Of a stretch of 64,000 nt of DNA, positions 53,004-64,000 are shown in pieces. A program made the translations under genes and the position numbers. This DNA is from the human T2T-CHM13v2.0 reference genome, Homo sapiens: NCBI RefSeq assembly GCF_009914755.1, contig NC_060926.1, one strand, 5' to 3'. How positions within the stretch are numbered: position 1 is the stretch's first letter; each line of letters begins with the position of its first letter. The notes beneath the pieces were generated by a model. That model did not search any database. It saw nothing but the letters and a program-made list of their open reading frames with translations, and was not told the DNA's origin.

Positions 53004-56000
53004 GAGAAGGGTGATTCTTGAGGCATCTAATAAGCCCCAGGACTTAGAGTTTTCTCCACATTCCCAATATTGAATTGAATTTGGAATAACAGATCTAATA
53101 CAATCCAATACATTTTAATACTAGAACCTTACCAGAGCTCTGTGTATAGGTCTCAGCCACCTTAAGGCTTAAAAGTGACAAATATTCTACCTATTGTATC
53201 TAAAATGATCTTCCAATACCTGTTCAAGCTGAACTTGAGTAGTTTAAGATTTAGCCACGCAGCTGGTACCATAAGTAAGTACCTTCCATTGGGCTAAAAA
53301 CTTTGGAGAGATCCACGACATAATTTGTGGGGCTTAGTGCAAAATGGAAACGTGGGCTGCTTCAAGTCAGAGGCCCTGTGTGACTGCACTGCTCCTACAC
53401 GCATAATGAAGGCCTGCGCTGTGATGGCCCATAGGCTGTTTGTAGACCTGGCACCCCTTTGCCTGATTTCAACCCACCTCATTACCAATATAACTGATAG
53501 GAAACTTCACATAGATGTGAGACAAATTTGATTTCATGATGTGGAGCCTTTGTATTAGACAGATTGACAGTTCTGGTCACAAACAGTGAGGGAAACCACA
53601 CATTGACCCCCATTAGAACAGAAATTTTACTGCTCAGCTTAACACATGTCCAAGAGCTGAGCAGGCAGGTTTCAAAAAGAAGGAAAAGAACAAGGGGAAG
53701 AGCTATGCCAAATTTCTACTTGGAACTTCCTCGTGGTAAGTCACTGCCACCTCCACTCCCAGGCTGGGAAAATGTGAGTGTGGAGGTTTAGAGATGCCAA
53801 GTGTGATATATTTACTGATGTTCTTCTTCTTGTAGAAACAGTGAGCCAGGGAATGGAGGTCCCCACCCCAGTGTCCCATATCCCTAGACAACATTGATGA
53901 TAATGTCTAGCATGCTATAGGTGTTTAATAAATATTTTCTTAAAGAATAAATGTCCCAAAGCTAGTACACATGTAACTTGGTCCATGTTAGGATTTCAGG
54001 TAGAACTCTTTATTCTCCACAGAATCAAATAATTAATTTCCTGGCAGCACAGTATTAGACAACATCATTCACTATATATGTCATGAATTTCTTCCTCTCA
54101 TCCTTTTCCTGTCTTGGTTTGCTGGACAACAGCTGCTTCTAAACCCCACTCTTAGTCAATGTGCAGGATAGAGTACTGGACAGAGAATCAAGAAAATTCA
54201 GTTTGAGTCTAGGTTTTGCTTCTGATTTGCCCAAGAATTTAAGACAATCAACTCACATCTTAGCCTTAGCTTTGTACTTCAACATGAAGCAGTCGAATTA
54301 TAAACAAATCTTTCAACATTTCACATTGCCCAGCCATCTCTCAATCTAAAGCCCAGAACCTCCAAGGCAAAAGAAAGGCAACCCACTTCATCTGCAAAAG
54401 ATATGTGTATGCAGACATTCTATATTAGGCTGAATATTTAAAGTAGATCCTCATAGGCATATTAAAAATGTCTGCCATTAAACAAAAGAGAGAGATGATT
54501 TAGTATGATAATATATGACAAGATAATTCTTCATATTTCAAAAGGTCATGGATAAATTATTCAGTGGTAAGTAATATTTTTAATATATAGCACATCATAC
54601 TTCATGGAGGTTGACTGAAAACTAGCTTTTTTTGTAATTGTTATGAAATCCTGCCCATGCCCATAAAGAACCTCTGCATCCTGCCAGCAGCCATTCACTC
54701 CACTGGTGGGGAGTCTGTGAATCGGGTGATGATGGGGCTATGGTTCCATAGTCCTGACTAGTGGAGTTGTGATGGCAACAGAGCCACCACCACACTGTTG
54801 TTAGGACTTTTCCTTAGACTCAGGGCTGGTTCAGGGCAAAATTGTGAAATAGATGAGGTTTTATCTTTGGAACCATGTTACATGTCGCATGAACAATTCT
54901 ACTTGACCATTGCCTCTGTGTCAGTATAAGGGACTGAGAGTACTGTCCCTACAACAGCGTGGCACACGCCAGTGTACGATTTATAGCAAGGAACAGGAAG
55001 GCAAATGTAGCATGTTCTTTGGGTTTTATATCTTATAGTATGTCCTGTGAACTTTGCCTGCTTTTTACTTTGTAAAACCTGGGTAACAGAAAGGAGAGAA
55101 CCTACCTCTTACTCTCAAATAAGAAATGGAATGACGTATAGTTGTTATTTCTGCTAATAGTCTTGAGTATAACAGAGAATGAGTCCCCTTAAGAAGGAAG
55201 AAGCATAAGCAACAGCTTAACAACAGAAAAAATATTTTTGTTTCCTCCTTCTAAAAAAGAACAGATCTTGAATCTATACTCCAATATCAAAAAAAAAAAA
55301 AAAAAAAATAAGGCCTAAAAAACTCACTCAGAGCAAGCTGAGAAATCAATGTGGGTAATGTCTGATTATTAATGTCATTTTGAGTAGAAAATAAAAGGAC
55401 TTTGAGGAAAACCTGTCTAAAATTTTTCTTAAATTTTCTTAATCACCCCCATTGTTTTATAAATGAATGAATAAATTTAAACTCTGAGAAAGAGTGTGAC
55501 TCTTCCATAATATTTTGATAACTCCCCTAAAACAAATACATACCCCCTAGTTCTCTTAGGGTTGGTGTTGTTATTGGACTTATCTCCCACCATCCCACCA
55601 CTCCCATATCAGGGCCACACAATAGGCCAAGAGTTTCAGCATCCTGAACACCAAACTTGCTAGAGTTTACTACATTGATCATATTTTTTTACACCAGTTG
55701 ATGGGAGCAAAGCTACGTTCCAGGTAGCTAGATTCAAGCACTATATGCTCCTCTCTTCAATGCATCTTTCCCTGTCACCAGGCTATGCCCTGCCCTCTGG
55801 TTACAAATTCCACTCCCTCACTTTTTCTGTTCCCCATCTCAACTTAGGCATTAGACTTATTTATTTATTTATTTATCTTTGGAGTATCTTCACTTAAAAA
55901 AAATAAATTCCTTTTTTTTTTTCGTTGAAAAGTCTCTTTTTTACTCCCTTCAAGATCTTTTTCAGGGATCCTTTTCTACCCTTTGTCACCCAAGTCCAAG

Positions 56001-56349
56001 ATTACTCCTTACCTACTCCTATGTTTAAGGCAATGGATAGCTCTGTACCTGATGGGTCTGGCAATCTTATGCATGATATGATGAAGTAGGGCAGGAGACA
56101 TGGGAATAAATCAAGTACTCTGCTAATACCTGGAGGCCTGGAATCTTGGAAGGCAAGGATCTCCACTATGTATATTTTTTGCACTGGATCCTATGCCACA
56201 ATTCCACTGAAGGTGTCCAGCATATTCAGGCTTTCCACCTGCTTTAACTCAAGGTAAGTGGATTTAATAACATTGAACACACAGACATGGTGGTGGCCTA
56301 ATGTAGCCTTCCTATCAGGAGTCTTTTCTTTGTTAGAAAAATATTTAGG

Positions 56350-56629
56350 GGCCAGGAGCGGTGGCTCATGCCTGTAATTCCAGCACTTTGAGAGGCCGAG
56401 GCAGGCAGATCACTTGAGGTCAGGAGTTTGAGACCAGCCTGGCCAACATGATAAAACCCTGTCTCTATTAAAAATAAAAAAATTAGCCGGGCATGGTGGT
56501 GCACACCTAATCTTAGCTACTCGGGAGGCTGAGGCAGGGCAATTAATTGAATCCAGGAGGTGGAAGTTTCAGTGAGCCAAGATCGCACCACTGCACTCCA
56601 GCCTGGGCAACAGAGGGAGACCCTGTCTC

Positions 56630-56660
<31 letters not shown>

Positions 56661-56681
56661 AAAAAGAAAAGAAAAAGAAAA
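56350..56681 (+). mobile_element. AluS SINE with long A-rich tail and 15-bp TSD
   Basis: TSD AGAAAAATATTTAGG at 56335-56349 and 56682-56696. Confidence 0.96.
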
Positions 56682-57139
56682 AGAAAAATATTTAGGGAGA
56701 ACAGGGAAATATGCTTAATTAAAAGGCATGGCATAAATCCCAGATGGAAAATCACCCAGGAAGGCAACTTATTTCCTCTACTTATCAAATCAAAACTCTT
56801 TACTGTGAAGCCACCTGATGGTCACCTGGGCTCCATTTTCAGGGAGGCATTTGAGAAAGTAGTAGAGAATGCAGGATGGAGAAAGATACATTTGCCAGCC
56901 TTCTTATTGTAACTGAAGCCCTTCCCACTTCTGTGTCTTTTAAAATAGAAGCTCCAGAGTAAATCACAACACAGGAAAACTTAACAGCCTCAAATGGAAG
57001 CACAAGTTGTTGAATTTTGCAGTGAGTAATAAAACATCAAAGTAGTGGCAAATCCAAATAAGTGAACTGATTGGGGATGTGAGGTTTTTTGTTTGTTTTG
57101 TTTTTTGTTTTTTTAGGTTCAAGAAAATTTTTTTGACAA

Positions 57140-57390
57140 TCCTTTTCTTCCCTTTCTTTCTCTATCTTTTCTTCCTTCCTTCTCTTTCTTTTTCCTTCCT
57201 TCCTTCCCCTCTCTCTTTCTTTCTCCTTCATTTCTCTATTTCTTTCCTTCCTTCCTTCTCTTCCTTTCCTTTCTTCCTATCTTCTCTACCTCTCTTTTCT
57301 TTCTCTTTTTATTTCTTCCTTTTTTCCTTTCTTTCCTTCCTTCTCTCTCCTTCTTCTCTTCTTTCCTTCCTTTCTTTTCTTTCTCTCTTT
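57140..57390. repeat. Polypyrimidine (CT/CCTT/CTTT) low-complexity tract
   Basis: About 250 bp almost entirely C/T on the + strand. Confidence 0.95.
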
Positions 57391-57687
57391 ATTTTGAGAC
57401 AGAGTCACCCTCTGTGGCCCATGCTGGAGTGCAGTGGTGTGTTCTCAGCTTGCTGCAGCCTCTGCCTCCCAGGTTTCAGTGATTCTCCTTCCTCAGCCTC
57501 CCAGGTAGCTGGGATTATAGGCACGCGCCACCATGCCTGGCTAATTTTTTTTTTTTTGTATTTTTAATAGAGACAGGGTTTCACCACGTTGGCCAGGCTG
57601 GTCTCGAACTCTTGACCTCAGGTGATCCGCACCCCCCTTGGCCTCCCAAAGTTCTAGGATTACAGGCATGAGGCACTGTGCCCGGCC
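57391..57687 (-). mobile_element. AluS SINE
   Basis: ttttgagacagagtc...gacctcaggtgatccgc...cactgtgcccggcc, followed by a (CT)n tract to ~57755. Confidence 0.95.
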
Positions 57688-58554
57688 TCTTCTCTCTCTT
57701 TCTTTCTCTTGCTCTCCTTCTCTTTCTCTCTCTCTCTCTTTCTTTATTTCTTTCAATGCTACTCTTGGCTAAAAACTTACTTGATTCTTAGCCCTAGCTG
57801 TCTTGATCAGCTAGACGGATTGGCAACTTTAGCACAGAAAAAGAGTGAAAATTCTTTGTCTCTGTTTCTTGATGCCTACATGGAGCATGTTTTGGGGAAG
57901 GAAAAAAATGCATTGTCTACTCGTATGATCCACTGAAAGAAATTTTATTTGTTCTTGTGAGGCATAGGTGCTCTCCAGGTAATAACACCAAATTTCAAGC
58001 TAAAATTGAGGACGGAGTGCATAGAAGACAGAGAATCAGTAAATTCATAATCAGGATAAAATGGACAACAATGTAGACTACACACATGGGTATATGGGTG
58101 GTGAGTATGAAAAATAGCCTTGGAAACATTCATATATAATATAGGCCTAGGAGCACTCATATTTAAGTTTAATTATATTGCATGGGAATGATGATTAATC
58201 TTTCAAAAGACTGTTGTGGAACTCTGTCATTCTATTTCACTCCCTTTGTAACTATCCTGGTACAAACCTTTAACATCTCTCCCTGAGCCTACAGCTACTT
58301 AGAAGTGTGCACAACTCCACTGTTTCTATCTTCTTGTCCACACTGTCAACAAAGGTTGTTCATAAACCACAAATGTCATTATGGTGCTCTGCTGCTGAAC
58401 TGCCTCAATAGTCTGTTATTATCTATAGGATTAAGCCCAAAGTCCTTAGGAAGGGCTTGGCTTACCTCATTTCCCAGAATACCCAACACTTAGACTCTAT
58501 CAGTGTACTTATCTGCCATATGTACACTTCATTATCTTAAACTTGCATTTCCTC

Positions 58555-59255
58555 TTTTTCAACTTTTAAATTTTGAACCAATTTTAGGCTTACAGAAAAG
58601 TTGAAAAAATATTACAGTGACTTTTTGTATATTCCTCACTCTTCCCCTCCCATCTTGTGTAACAATAGTTTATTTATCAAGTAAAATGAATTGACATGAG
58701 GAAATACTATTAACTAAAGACCTTATTCAAATTCCACCCTTTTTTCCACTAACTTTTTTCTGGTTCCATATCATATTCAGAATCCCACCTTGTATTTTAG
58801 TTGTTATTTCCTCCTAGTCTGCCACAGTCTGTAATAGTTCCTTAGTCTTTCCTTCTCTTCCCTGACATTGACACTCTTGAAGAGCAATGATCAGTTGTTT
58901 TGCTAAATGTTCTTCAGTTGTGGTGTGTCTCATGTTTTCTTAGGATCAAAGTAAAGTTATGCTTTTTTCTTTTTTGGCAAGAACACCACAAAATGATGTT
59001 GTGTTTTTCTCAGTGCATCATATCACAGAGCTCATAATGTTGATAGGTCTTATTACTGGTAATGCTGTTTTCCATTCATTAGAAGGTTGTTTCTGCCAGA
59101 TTTTACCTCTGTAAAATTATCTTTGCCTTTGTAGACAATCATACCCTGGAGGAGATGCTTTGAGGGTATGTAAATTTTGTTTTTTCTTAAGATTTACCCA
59201 ATAAATTTAAGACTCATCAGTGAATTTTACCTGCAATAACTATTACTGATGCATG
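58555..59255 (-). mobile_element. L1MC/MD-like 3' end (antisense)
   Basis: aattttaggcttacagaaaagttg...ttgacactcttgaagag...ttggcaagaacaccaca...tattactggtaatg. Confidence 0.7.
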
Positions 59256-61436
59256 ATCAGTTTCTCATTTTTTCCTCTTTGCCTTAAATGCCTATCTCCA
59301 TTTTTTTCTCCTATCTATTTCCTGCTTATATGGCTTATCCCAGCTGAAGATTGTTTCTTCTCTGGGAAACCTTTTCACATTGTCCCAGGCAGACCAAGAC
59401 TTCATCTCTCCATATTTTCTTAGCACCCTTGCACATAGCTCCACAATACTCACCACCATGGTTACTGGTTGTTTTGATTTCCCTGGGAGTCACTCTATGT
59501 GACTGCAAACTCCTAGAGGGAGATAACACTGTCTCAGCATTTTTTCTAACAATACCTAATATGGGATCTGGTCTATAAGAGACTATCATTATGTGCTTAG
59601 AGAATAAATGAATGCATCTATTATATTATTTCCAAAATTCATTTTCAGGCTGAAAAATTTAGAGTTTTTTTGTTACAGTTAGAAAAATAACGTTCAGTTC
59701 TAAAATCGTGATTCTGATTTTCTGCCAAAATTTTCCCCTTTGGGAAATTTATGATGTTTCTGGAATCAGCCCTATTTAATCTAAAAACAAGTTAAAATCG
59801 TGTTTTCTACTTTTTTCCCCTACCTTCCCTCATTATACAATGGTCTACTCTTCTCCCCTCCACTTGTGATTCTGTTTGTACATATATTTTCAGGAGCAAA
59901 AGTAAATAAACTACTCATTCATTCATTTTGCTAAGCTTCTGGGTGTCTCTTACCCTGGTCCTGACATGAGCTTCTTTAATCCTTGGTGGTATATTTCCTC
60001 CTGTGTATTTGCTTTATTCTGTAAATTTAAGGGAGGTTTTATAAAACTGCCTTTAATCCCCTGAAGATACAAAACAAACAGTGGAAATTGACTCTTTGCC
60101 TAACAGTTATTATCATTATTATTACATAATCAGTGGTTTGAGTCATAATGCAGGAAACCAGATGTCAATGTGGATGAATGGCCTGCCTGGCCATGTGCCC
60201 ACAGACAATGTCAGCAGTAGCTGATAAAACTGTAAATGCTAAAAGGAACTTGTCCTCCTTCTCCATCATCATCGTCATCATCACAATCATCTCATCACCC
60301 TTGTCTTCATCATGAAAACCTGTACCACATTGTTTGTGGTTTGCACAGAACCATGACTAATACCAACCACACCTAATCCTTTAACATCACTCCTTTGAAC
60401 CCTCTTAGCACTTGAACCCTCATACCACCTGATTTTAACAGTTCCTTTAGACTGCATTGTAGCCATTTGGTGCTGTGATCTTGTCCTTCTTGGCCTACTT
60501 TCTCTCTACCTTTACTAGGCCAGGAATTTCATAAAGACTGAGATAAAAGATTATACTCCTCTTTATCATTAGTATTTATTGCTATATGAGAACATAATAG
60601 GGGCTCAATAACTGTTTGTGGAATTAAACTGTTTGTCTTCCATGTAAAGCAGAAAAAGAAATGATAAATTGGGGAAAGGCATGTAAAAAATTAATAATTC
60701 CAGAATCAAAGCTCAGCTTTTTCATTGATAAAATGTTATCGATAAGCACATTTTGTGTATAGACAAGGCTTCTAGACGTTCTGAGAAGTTGGAAACATGG
60801 ATTCTAAAATGAGACCTGCAAATACCAAAGATTCATCCAGACTTGATTTATGTAATACTTTTTTAATAGTGGGAGACATTCAACAAAAGGAATAGTCTAA
60901 ATGTTATTATTTTTGCATCCATAACACTATTAAGACTCTACCACCTCTTAATTCCTATTTACAGTGTCTTAGTTCTGATCTTCATTATTTTTCACCTGGA
61001 TAATTGCAATATCTTCAAATGATTTTCCATTTTCTAATTTCTTCTCCCTACAGTTCATAAGAGATAGCTCCCCATTAATCATAAGACCAAGTTCTAATTC
61101 CTTTTTATAGCATATTCAATTTCAACCACCAGTCTATTTTATTGGACTTCTCTGTTACCATGCTCCTTCTGAGAGCTGCACTCCAGCTACCTAGAACTTC
61201 ACAAATCTCCAGGAGAAAGTACACCATGCTCTTTATTATTCCATGCATTTCTTCATAGTGTTTCTATAACCTGAAAGGCCCATCGCTTTGATTTGATCTT
61301 TCAGGATCCACATAAAAATATTATCCTCTCAATGAGATATTCTATAAGTTTATAAGACAGAATTGTTCCGTCTCCATCATTTGCCATAGAACTCCATTTG
61401 TAGCTTTATAACATTTGTCATATTGTGTTAGAATTA

Positions 61437-61942
61437 CAGTTTATCCTTGAATAGCACAGATTTGGACAGCAAAGGTCACTTACATGTGGATTTTTTTCAA
61501 TAGAATTTACACTCAGTGTTCCTTCCTTTTCTGTCTCATCTTCTACCTCCTTGATCACTTCTGCCTCTGCTACCCCTGAATCAGCAAGACCAGTCCCTCC
61601 TCTTCCCCTCCTCAGCCCATTCAACATGAAGATGATGAGGATGAAGATCTTTATGAAGATCTACTTCCACTTAATAAATAGTAAAAATATTTTCTCTTCC
61701 TTGCAATTTTCTTAATGAAATTATCTTTTTTTCTAGCATACTTTATTGTAAGAATACAGTATATATTACAGATAGCATACAAATTATGTATTAACTGACT
61801 GTTTATGTTATTGGTAAAGCCTAATGGTCAACATTAGGCTATATTGCTAGTTAAGTTTTTGGGGAGTCCAGAGTTATACTCAGATTTTTGACTGTGCAGG
61901 GAGTCAGCACCACAAAGCCTCTCATTGTTCAAGGATCAACTG
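61437..61942. mobile_element. Tigger2-family (TcMar) non-autonomous DNA transposon
   Basis: Terminal inverted repeats CAGTTTATCCTTGAATAGCA / TGTTCAAGGATCAACTG; TA at the left flank. Confidence 0.85.
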
Positions 61943-62014
61943 CATTTGTTTATCAAACTGAAGTTCCCTAAGGCTAACAGCTGTTCATCTCTGCACCAAC
62001 ACCTAGAGAAAAAT

Positions 62015-62425
62015 TGTAGTAGGCTGAGGTGTTCTAACAAACCCCGAAACCTCTGTTGTCTATCACAATGAGAACTCAATGTTCACTCGTGAAAGACCAC
62101 TGTGATAGCAGGGGTGTGGATGTGGGGGTGGGGTGAGATTTTCTGTTCCACACAGTCACTCAGGGACCCAGGCTTCTTATATATTATGGCAACTCTATGT
62201 TCAGTATGTAGACTCCAAATGTTCCACAGGAGCAGTAAGTGGAAGGTTGCATGTGGGAGATTTTTATAGGTGAGACCTGGAAATGGTATACAATTTTATA
62301 TCACATTCCAGTGTCATAACAGATGCAATCTAACTTAAAGCATTCTGGGAAATGTAGTTTAGCTGTGTGCCCAGAGAACAGAAGAGAGACATGGATATTG
62401 GAAGGGACAGCATCCTCTGCCATTC
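62015..62425 (-). mobile_element. Old MLT1 (I/J-like) LTR
   Basis: cagtcactcagggacccaggct...ggaaatgtagtttagctgtgtgcccag...ctctgcca. Confidence 0.65.
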
Positions 62426-62974
62426 TGCTCAGTAAATGGGTGCAGAATGAATACAATGGAAGGCTCTTTTTAATCTGAAGCCATTGTGGTGAATGGAGGA
62501 ACAAAGAAAATAGTTTTTGAATCCAAAAATCTTGGTTTCAGACTATAGCAATGAAAGCCAATTAGTAGCTCTGTGACCATGGCAGGTACCTAAAACTCTC
62601 TAAACCTCAAGTTCTTCATCTGTAAATGAAGTTGGTATGGGGATTAACTGAGAAATACATGAAAAGCATCTGGAGCATAGGAGGAGCTATTTAATAATCA
62701 TCCTCATTTCATTCAAATCAATATTTTTAAGAATCTGCAATGTGCTAGAGCAGTGTGCTAAGCATTCGGAATAGAAAGACCTATTAAAGGCATCCCTCAC
62801 CTTTAGGAAATCAGAGACCAATTGTTAGGTCACAATTGTAGATAAGAAAATGAACATTTAAAACACACTGTGATAAACAGGCTTTTTATTATACAGGGTA
62901 GCAAAATACCCAATAAACATGAAAAATGACTCAAATCATGAATCACTTTTACGTATGTATAGGAACCCATCATG

Positions 62975-63400
62975 GTTGTAAGTTGGGTAAAATTAAAGAT
63001 ACGAACAATACAAAGTGTTGGCAAGTTTATGAAGCAACTGTGACTCTCTTGCCTAGCTGGAGGAGTGGAAATTGGTCCAATCACATTGAAAAAATATTTT
63101 AAAGTACTTACTAAATCTTAACATACACATATCCTGCAACCTAGCAATCGCATTCCTAGACATATGCCCAACAGAAATGAGTGCTTATGTTCACCATAAT
63201 ATACAAGAACAGCCTCTTTATGCATAGAAGTGCTAAACTGGAAAGAAACCAAATTAGCTGGGAAGAAGCCTGAATGAATTTTCTGGGGTGATGAAAGTGT
63301 TCCTTATCTTCATATGGATGCCAGTTACACCTAAACAGTTAAGAGCTGTATGTTTCAATGTATATAAATGATGGTTTAATAATAACAGTAATAACAATAA
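62975..63400 (+). mobile_element. L1ME-like 3' fragment
   Basis: aagtgttggcaag...gaagcaactg..actctc...cctagcaatcgcattccta...ctaaactggaaa. Confidence 0.6.
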
Positions 63401-64000
63401 TGTCAACAATATTAAAAAATACATTTTAAAACAGGTGCTTCCAAATTGGCAGTTACAAGAGTCTCTTATCATATTTCAGTTGTAGTTTTTGATGATGACT
63501 CCTATATCCTAGGATATGCCACAGCTCCCCCTGCACCCAAAGAAAGTTTACCAATGACACACACCATCTCAATAATTCTCTCCACATTATTAACGTTATT
63601 TGTATTAAAAACTCATCCTCAGTTTTGGCATTAAGGTGATCCAGCTATTTCATGGCTGTTCTGCATACTAATCAGGTTACAGTTCGAAACAGACACAAAC
63701 ATACCCTCCATTTTGGACAAGAACCCAGACAGCTATTTTGTTTCTCTGCTTGCCAAACAAAATTCACTATATAAATTAACCTTCTTCATTAAAAAAAGGA
63801 TAATCTTCACCTCGGTGATAAAACATACCAAGTAGGGAAGAAAATATTTTATTGCAAATCTGACTTAAAATAAGAGGTAATAAAACCAATTTCTTCTAAG
63901 TCTTCCAAAGCACTGTCTTTTAAAGACTATATCTTGTTCCCTAATTATAAGGTAATTCACGAATATAGTAAAAATATTTGGAAATATAAAACAGAAAGAC

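Noticed and set aside
56547-57756. 121-aa K-rich and 162-aa F/S/L-rich ORFs
   Set aside because: Translations of Alu sequence, poly(A) tails and CT tracts that lack stop codons.

Overview
This is AT-rich, CpG-poor primate genomic DNA; the protein matches my recollection of human HNMT (chr2q22.1). It holds the 3' half of histamine N-methyltransferase on the + strand: coding exons 3-6 (705-812, 1851-1981, 4920-5013, 13561-13916; 689 nt, all GT-AG, encoding G64-A292) and a 3' UTR with several poly(A) signals out to about 16.1 kb. The remaining ~48 kb is intergenic and dominated by interspersed repeats (Alu, L1PA/L1M, L2, MIR, ERV1/ERVL/MaLR LTRs, MER/Tigger DNA transposons) and microsatellites. 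The other ORFs in the track look like repeat-derived or chance ORFs. I found no new multi-gene system, CRISPR array or RNA gene. The most unusual observations are (1) an ~81-100 bp inverted copy of a neighbouring MLT1 LTR inside a younger ERV1 solo LTR, apparently a locally templated insertion, and (2) a twin-priming L1 inversion in HNMT intron 5 whose target-site duplication (TSD) overlaps the internal priming microhomology. Repeat subfamily names come from recalled consensus sequences and need RepeatMasker/Dfam confirmation.
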